A stretch of DNA of 24,000 nt from an uncultured Thermodesulfobacteriota bacterium (GTDB lineage Bacteria; Desulfobacterota; B13-G15). The position numbers were made by a program, and so were the translations under genes. Below, in pieces: positions 15,799 through 20,361 of this stretch. The notes beneath the pieces were generated by a model. The model worked only from the letters and a program-made list of their open reading frames with translations. It was not told the DNA's origin and searched no databases. The stretch's first letter is position 1, and the number at the start of each line of letters is the position of its first letter. The stretch covers positions 7,925 to 31,924 of the forward strand of contig CAYVAU010000012.1 of NCBI GenBank assembly GCA_964448445.1. Reading direction: 5' to 3'.

Positions 15799-16482
15799 TC
15801 AAAACTCACCTGGCGGTCTGAAGGAGCCCCAAGCCCCTGTCCAGTCCATAAGCCCCTTCCATTGGGCCTGCATGATCGGGGCCTTTGGGCGCGTTTCAAG
15901 GGGAAGGGGCGTTGTGGGGGCCTTCTTGTAGACGACGAAAATGACCCCGTTCCATCCCTTCAGGAACTCCTCCATCCTGAGACTCCTGTTCCCCACCGCT
16001 GGATCAGCCAGAAAGACCCTGTTGCTATCTGTACCCTTGAGGACGACAAAGTGCTTGTAACCCCGGGTGTTGAGCAATACGATCACGGGGATCTTGATCT
16101 TTGGGAGATCCTTGGCCTTAATTCTGTAACCGTTGGCCACAAATCCCTTGGAGGATGCGTATCGTTTGAGATCGAGAAGGGAGAATCCCTTCTTGCGGAT
16201 CTTTTCGCGATCCCCTATCTCAAGCATCTCCTTTACGATCTCCCGCTCGGATACCTCCTGGCCGTAGTAATACTTGATGATGGTAGCAAGGGAGGCGGCC
16301 CCACAGCTGAAATCGTAACGCTGGGGGACCACCTTCCTGAACCTGGCCTCCCGCAACGAAACTACTTCCTTCCTCAGATACCCGCCGAAGGGACCCCGAA
16401 CCTTGAGGGATGCCGGATATCCTCCAAAGGGAAGAAGTGCAAGGAAGAGGACTACCGCTGATATCCGGACTCCCCACATCAC
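15799..16482 (-). CDS. Stand-alone periplasmic C39-family cysteine peptidase (bacteriocin-processing peptidase fold), FapD-like in context
   Basis: The signal peptide is MMWGVRISAVVLFLALLPFGG. The catalytic Cys lies in YDFSCGAASLATII (codon 16303-16305). His is in YKHFVVL and Asp is in FLADP. The start is GTG 16482 or ATG 16479, and it overlaps the upstream TGA. Confidence 0.85.
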   Translation of the reverse strand: MMWGVRISAVVLFLALLPFGGYPASLKVRGPFGGYLRKEVVSLREARFRKVVPQRYDFSCGAASLATIIKYYYGQEVSEREIVKEMLEIGDREKIRKKGFSLLDLKRYASSKGFVANGYRIKAKDLPKIKIPVIVLLNTRGYKHFVVLKGTDSNRVFLADPAVGNRSLRMEEFLKGWNGVIFVVYKKAPTTPLPLETRPKAPIMQAQWKGLMDWTGAWGSFRPPGEF

Positions 16483-17093
16483 CTGACCTCCTGCCGCAGC
16501 GAAATCCCCAGCCGGTTGCAGATGGAGTTGTTGTTCCCCGAGGACTGACTGAGGATCCCCACCCCAGAAGCCCCGACGAAGGAATCGGCAATGATATCTT
16601 CCCTCATCCCTCCCCCTTCCGCTACCTGCCCTCGGAGCAGGCGGGGGCTCTCCCTCTCGAGCTCCCTTTCGCTGAGGAGGAGCACCCCTCCTATGGAGCA
16701 GAACATGAAGTTTGACTGATCGTTGAGGTTTCCCGATGATTGATTGACCATAAAGATCCCCTGGGATCCCGAAAAGGACCCGATGATGGAATCCCGGCTC
16801 TGGGAGTTCAGGATCGAGGCGGTGGAACGATCGCGTTGTTGCCGAAGGAAGGCCTCGAGTTCCACAGCCCCCCCTGTCAGGGAGAACAGCAGAAGATTTG
16901 CCTGGTTGTTGAGGGATCCGGAGGCCTGATTGAGGGTGTAAAGACCTTGGTTTTCCGTAAAGGAAAATTGAACCAATGTGCTGCTGGAGGTGTCCGAGGA
17001 GAGGATGAAAGAAGAAGTTTCGAGGCCACTGGAGAGGGCATCCGCTGCCACTGCCACCGATATCACCATTATGAGAATCGCCACCTTGAACAC
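16479..17093 (-). CDS. Secreted 204-aa repeat protein, the shorter and more degenerate paralogue of the two upstream repeat proteins
   Basis: GTG start at 17093, 6 nt after AAGGAGG. The signal peptide is MFKVAILIMVISVAVAA. The three cores are GLYTLNQASGSLNNQAN, GIFMVNQSSGNLNDQSN and GVGILSQSSGNNNSICN. Confidence 0.75.
   Translation of the reverse strand: MFKVAILIMVISVAVAADALSSGLETSSFILSSDTSSSTLVQFSFTENQGLYTLNQASGSLNNQANLLLFSLTGGAVELEAFLRQQRDRSTASILNSQSRDSIIGSFSGSQGIFMVNQSSGNLNDQSNFMFCSIGGVLLLSERELERESPRLLRGQVAEGGGMREDIIADSFVGASGVGILSQSSGNNNSICNRLGISLRQEVR
16515..16946 (-). repeat. Three spaced copies of the 17-codon N/Q/G core inside the 204-aa gene
   Basis: The cores lie at 16896-16946, 16710-16760 and 16515-16565. 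I verified the second by back-translation. Core starts are 62 and 65 codons apart. Confidence 0.8.
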
Positions 17094-17109
17094 CCTTTGC
17101 CTCCTTAGG

Positions 17110-17143
17110 AAAGGGCGGACAGGAGGGATCCTGTCCGCCCTTT
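17110..17143 (-). terminator. Intra-operon GC-rich hairpin between the 276-aa and 204-aa genes, acting as a partial terminator or an mRNA-stabilising 3' structure
   Basis: AAAGGGCGGACAGG (17110-17123) pairs perfectly with CCTGTCCGCCCTTT (17130-17143) around a 6-nt loop. On the minus strand it is followed only by TTTCC and then the SD of the next gene, so the U-tract is weak. Confidence 0.5.
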
Positions 17144-17152
17144 GTGGTTAAC

Positions 17153-17983
17153 TTACCTGGCCCCCATTTCTATGACACTGGGGACGCTCGCCGAGATGCT
17201 GATGATATTGGACTGGTTGTTCATGTTGCCTGAGGACTGGTTGACGTTGACGACGCCGACATTCCCGTTGATAGAGTTGGCGATCGAGTCAAGCCTGACG
17301 GTGCCCCACTCGTAGACCGTATTGCCGGTGCTGCTCTGCCCGAGATCCGCCTCAGATAGCGCCACCAGGGCCTCGCTGGCAACGGCCAGAACTATCTGAT
17401 TTGCCTGGTTGTTCATGTTGCCAACTGACTGATTTACGTTCACAATACCCATGTTATCCAGGATGGAGCCCGAGATCAGGGATTTCTTCTGTGGACCAGC
17501 AGTGTAGTCTTCCACAGCGTCCACGGAATTTCCTCCGTTTACCTGCTGCATCGATGCTTGGGAGTTGGCAAAACCGAGTACCCCTTCACCCTCGGACCAA
17601 GAGATGGCCGCGCTGATGAGGTTTGCCTGGTTGATGGAGTTGCCCACTTCCTGGTTTAGGTTGACGATGCCGGTGTTGGTGTTGACCGAGTCGCTGAGCG
17701 TGGCGGTCCTGTAGATCATGTCATACTGAGGTTTAAATTCATTAGAATACCTCGATACCGTATTTTCGGTTGCGGACTGATTGAGGAGGCTGCTGGCCTC
17801 AGCTCCTTGGTTGCCTTCAACGGCTATATCGACCTTGACCCTGACCCCTTTGTTGATCCTGACCTTCTCGTTGACCGTGACGCTCTTTGTCTTTTCCACC
17901 GTCCCGGTGACATCCAAATCGGCGAGGGCATAGCCCACCGCCCCGAGGAGAAATATTGCTGTAAGTGCCAAAATCTTTTTCAT
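17153..17983 (-). CDS. Secreted 276-aa Asn/Gln/Gly-rich three-repeat protein. It is the candidate major fibre/amyloid subunit (FapC/CsgA analogue).
   Basis: ATG at 17983 lies 8 nt after GGAGG. The signal peptide is MKKILALTAIFLLGAVGYALA. The three cores are GIVNLNQEVGNSINQAN, GIVNVNQSVGNMNNQAN and GVVNVNQSSGNMNNQSN. It contains no Cys. Confidence 0.85.
   Translation of the reverse strand: MKKILALTAIFLLGAVGYALADLDVTGTVEKTKSVTVNEKVRINKGVRVKVDIAVEGNQGAEASSLLNQSATENTVSRYSNEFKPQYDMIYRTATLSDSVNTNTGIVNLNQEVGNSINQANLISAAISWSEGEGVLGFANSQASMQQVNGGNSVDAVEDYTAGPQKKSLISGSILDNMGIVNVNQSVGNMNNQANQIVLAVASEALVALSEADLGQSSTGNTVYEWGTVRLDSIANSINGNVGVVNVNQSSGNMNNQSNIISISASVPSVIEMGAR
17207..17671 (-). repeat. Three spaced copies of the 17-codon core G-[IV]-V-N-[VL]-N-Q-x-x-G-N-x-x-N-Q-x-N in the 276-aa gene
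   Basis: The cores lie at 17621-17671, 17399-17449 and 17207-17257. I verified the first by back-translation. Each is preceded by a [ST]-x-[SG]-x-S-[IV]-x-x-N-x segment. Confidence 0.85.
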
Positions 17984-18006
17984 CTTTTACACCTCCTTTT
18001 AGGTTT

Positions 18007-18819
18007 TTACATGCCGTAAACCGAGCCAGAGATGTTGACGGCGTTGAGCTGGTTGCCCAACACCCCCGCGCTCTGGTTTACCTCGACCACACCCACATTC
18101 TCGTTTATGGATCCGGAGATGGTGGCGGTCTTGGTGGTGTCATATTCCATGAAGCTGTTTCCGGCTACGGCCTGACCGAGATCGGCCTCAGCAAGGGCCA
18201 CAAGGCCGCTGAAGCTGACACCCAAGGTCAACCCATTGCCCTGATTGGAGATGTTTCCGACCGACTGATTGACCATCACAATCCCTGTGTTCGTGTTGAT
18301 GGAACCCGTAATTACGGCATCCCTGTAAAGGATCTGGATGCTATCTATGGTGTTTCCCTCCATCAGCTGGCCCACCGATGTCTGGGCATGGGCAAAGCCA
18401 TAGCCCTCAGCGGGGGGCTCGCCATTGCCATTCGGGGTCCCGCCATTTATGGGTCCATCAACGGCCGCAGAGAGCATGTTCGACTGATTGGCCATGTTCC
18501 CCGTGGCCTGGTTCAGATTGACGATCCCTGCATTATTCAGTATCGAACCAACAACCTCACTCGTCTTTTCAGCACAGTTCTCGCAGGCGAAGTTTCCCCT
18601 CTGGCTCTGATTAAGGACCGCATGGGCCTCGGCAGCCTTCTCTCCTACCACATCCAGGGTCACATCGACAGAAAGGTTCTTCTTTATATTGATGACTTCC
18701 TCGACATTGACCGTCTTCTCCTTTGTCACCGTGCCACTGGCCTCCACATCTGCCAGAGCGGAAATCGCCCCGACAAATAGGAAACACGACGCAATTGCCA
18801 CTACTTTCAATCCATTCAT
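18007..18819 (-). CDS. Secreted 270-aa three-repeat protein, full-length paralogue of the 276-aa protein. It is a candidate second subunit or nucleator (FapB/CsgB analogue).
   Basis: ATG at 18819 lies 5 nt after GGAGG. The signal peptide is MNGLKVVAIASCFLFVGAISALA. The cores are GIVNLNQATGNMANQSN, GIVMVNQSVGNISNQGN and GVVEVNQSAGVLGNQLN. The shared blocks LVAL[SA]EADLGQ and GTV.K.K.V.V show the two proteins are collinear. Confidence 0.85.
   Translation of the reverse strand: MNGLKVVAIASCFLFVGAISALADVEASGTVTKEKTVNVEEVINIKKNLSVDVTLDVVGEKAAEAHAVLNQSQRGNFACENCAEKTSEVVGSILNNAGIVNLNQATGNMANQSNMLSAAVDGPINGGTPNGNGEPPAEGYGFAHAQTSVGQLMEGNTIDSIQILYRDAVITGSINTNTGIVMVNQSVGNISNQGNGLTLGVSFSGLVALAEADLGQAVAGNSFMEYDTTKTATISGSINENVGVVEVNQSAGVLGNQLNAVNISGSVYGM
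18043..18528 (-). repeat. Three spaced copies of the 17-codon core in the 270-aa gene
   Basis: The cores lie at 18478-18528, 18235-18285 and 18043-18093. I verified the first by back-translation. Confidence 0.85.
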
Positions 18820-18908
18820 CCTAACCTCCTTTCAAAAGGTTTTTGATTAAATCGCCGAATCCCATAATTCATCCAAAGGCCTTTACATCACCTCCTTTCT
18901 TTTTGTTT

Positions 18909-19205
18909 TTACCACCCCACTATCTTCAAAACATTTACCTGAACGTTGCCGCATCCAGAAGATATGTTGTCAATTTCCATGCTCCTTTTGATCTCATCCC
19001 ACAGAACGATTTTACTGCTCTCTGACATAATGAGGGTGATATTGCCTTCGCCTTGTCCCCATATCTGTGACAATTCATCAGAAGTGAGCGGATAATTGAC
19101 AACTTCAAAAGGAATCCCTCCATCAGAAAGAGCCTTCGATGTACCACAAAATAGACACAAACAAAAGCATACAATAACACAAACAATCCAGTACCTGTGA
19201 TGCAT
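18909..19205 (-). CDS. Putative small secreted protein (98 aa), first ORF of the operon
   Basis: ATG at 19205 lies 14 nt downstream of the sigma54 -12 element and has no SD. The hydrophobic N-terminus MHHRYWIVCVIVCFCLCLFCGTSKA is unusually Cys-rich. The ORF is AT-rich relative to its neighbours, so coding status is uncertain. Confidence 0.4.
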   Translation of the reverse strand: MHHRYWIVCVIVCFCLCLFCGTSKALSDGGIPFEVVNYPLTSDELSQIWGQGEGNITLIMSESSKIVLWDEIKRSMEIDNISSGCGNVQVNVLKIVGW

Positions 19206-19219
19206 GGTTTAAAATGATC

Positions 19220-19234
19220 GCAATTAGCATGCCA
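19220..19234 (-). promoter_or_regulatory. Sigma54 (RpoN) -24/-12 promoter for the repeat-protein operon
   Basis: The minus strand reads TGGCATGCTAATTGC, against the consensus TGGCAC-N5-TTGC. The GG and GC dinucleotides have exact spacing. The site is in an intergenic AT-rich region, and a sigma54 activator gene lies about 1.1 kb away. Confidence 0.65.
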
Positions 19235-19288
19235 TTGGGAAATTTTGCTGTGTTTTCATGAGGAGTGAAGGAACGGAAGAACAGAAAT

Positions 19289-19305
19289 TGTAAAGGATTT
19301 TTACA
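19289..19305. promoter_or_regulatory. Candidate enhancer (UAS) site 1: palindrome TGTAAAGGATTTTTACA (TGTAAA-N5-TTTACA)
   Basis: Read directly. Its centre is roughly 88 bp upstream of the predicted sigma54 transcription start. It is the inverted copy of site 2. Confidence 0.5.
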
Positions 19306-19358
19306 CCCTGAACTTGACAATGTGCTTTGAATCTGCAAATTTCACGAAAGGTAAAAGA

Positions 19359-19375
19359 CGTAAAAATCCTTTACA
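19359..19375. promoter_or_regulatory. Candidate enhancer (UAS) site 2: CGTAAAAATCCTTTACA, reverse complement of site 1 at 16 of 17 positions
   Basis: Read directly. Its centre is roughly 158 bp upstream of the predicted sigma54 start. It abuts the SD (GGAGG, 19376-19380) of the divergent OM-barrel gene. Confidence 0.5.
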
Positions 19376-19386
19376 GGAGGTAAGAA

Positions 19387-20361
19387 ATGGTAAAGTTTAG
19401 GTTGGGAGTGATAGTTTTTGTGGTCTTGGTCTTTTCGGTGTTTGGCGGTCCTTTAATGGCCCAGGAGTCCGGGGAGAAGAAGCCGGCTGAGGCCCTTTTG
19501 GCCGAGCAAGGGGGGGTGCTTTTGCCCAAGGGCGCGTTGGTCCTTGAGCCCTCCATAAAGTACAGCCATTTTTCGAGGCATCGCATTGCCATCTCCGGTT
19601 TTTCGATCCTTGAGGCGATAGTCATAGGGCGGATAGAGGTGAGGGATGTGAAGAGGGATATCCTTCAGTTTTCCCTGACGGGCCGTTATGGCCTTACCAA
19701 TCGTTTGGAACTTGAGGCCGAGGTCCCTTATTTGTTCGTGCACTATCGGGATCTGAGGAGGGCCGAGGGTGATGGTGGGCCCTACAAGGTTAGCGACAAC
19801 GACATCGGGGATGTGGAAGGGGGCATCTATTATCACCTGATAAGGGAGAAGGGGTGGGTGCCCGATATAGTGGTGAACTTGAGGGTGAAGGCCCCTACTG
19901 GGAAGGACCCCTATGAGGTCGAACGCGAGGGCAATAGATTAAAGGAACTTCCCACCGGCAACGGCCACTGGGGCCTATCGGGGGGCTTTACCATGGTTAA
20001 GGCGAGTGACCCCGCAGTTTTCTTTGCGGGCCTTAACTACCAGTGGAACATAGAGCGCGATGTGGGCAAGGGTTATGGGAAGATCGATCCCGGCGACAGC
20101 ATCGAGTACAACCTCGGCATGGCCTATGCCCTAAGTGAGCGATTTTCCCTCTCCACGTCCTTTCAGCAGCGCATAACCTTTGAGACCGAACAAAACGGCC
20201 ACAAGGACCCGGAGACTTATATGAACGTGGCTTCTGTGAATTTTGGCCTGAATTACTCCCTCTCTAAAACGGCGGGTTTGAACATCAATGTGGGGATCGG
20301 GCTGACCGAAGATTCCCCGGATTTCGAGGTGACCCTCAGCGTGCCCCTCAGGGTGTTTTAG
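19387..20361 (+). CDS. Outer-membrane beta-barrel protein (transporter-like). It is the candidate export channel for the repeat proteins (FapF/CsgG analogue by context).
   Basis: ATG lies 6 nt after GGAGG. The signal peptide is MVKFRLGVIVFVVLVFSVFGGPLMA. Amphipathic strands alternate throughout, and the C-terminus is LSVPLRVF with a terminal Phe. The family call is from pattern only. Confidence 0.75.
   Translation: MVKFRLGVIVFVVLVFSVFGGPLMAQESGEKKPAEALLAEQGGVLLPKGALVLEPSIKYSHFSRHRIAISGFSILEAIVIGRIEVRDVKRDILQFSLTGRYGLTNRLELEAEVPYLFVHYRDLRRAEGDGGPYKVSDNDIGDVEGGIYYHLIREKGWVPDIVVNLRVKAPTGKDPYEVEREGNRLKELPTGNGHWGLSGGFTMVKASDPAVFFAGLNYQWNIERDVGKGYGKIDPGDSIEYNLGMAYALSERFSLSTSFQQRITFETEQNGHKDPETYMNVASVNFGLNYSLSKTAGLNINVGIGLTEDSPDFEVTLSVPLRVF

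Noticed and set aside
15783-15899. N-terminal extension of the 150-aa gene to the 189-aa ORF-track start
   Set aside because: The extension overlaps the 3' end of the C39 gene by about 100 nt and encodes an Arg/Pro/Gly-rich segment. The internal ATG at 15782 has a strong GGAGG and begins a normal signal peptide.
17965-18780. 271-aa plus-strand ORF, the longest alternative reading across the repeat-protein region
   Set aside because: It is the mirror image of the 270-aa minus-strand gene. The minus-strand reading has an SD, a signal peptide, a paralogue next door and a conserved repeat motif. The plus-strand product has none of these and would break the operon.
16479-18819. Calling the repeat proteins curlin (CsgA/CsgB) homologues
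   Set aside because: Curlin repeats are contiguous units of about 22 residues with S-x5-Q-x-G-x-G-N-x-A-x3-Q. Here the cores are 17 residues, spaced 62-81 residues apart with variable linkers, and no CsgG/E/F-like genes are evident. The resemblance is compositional. The architecture is closer to Fap.
18883-18899. Second strong SD (AAAGGAGGTG) followed immediately by ATGTAA, a possible start-stop mini-ORF between the 98-aa and 270-aa genes
   Set aside because: Only 2 nt separate GGAGG from the ATG, which is too short for normal initiation. Other short ORFs in this 89-nt spacer lack an SD. I treat it as a coincidence or a remnant.
19236-19249. Plus-strand TTGGGAAATTTTGCT as a possible sigma54 promoter for the OM-barrel gene
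   Set aside because: The GG-to-GC spacing is about 3 nt too short for a -24/-12 promoter.
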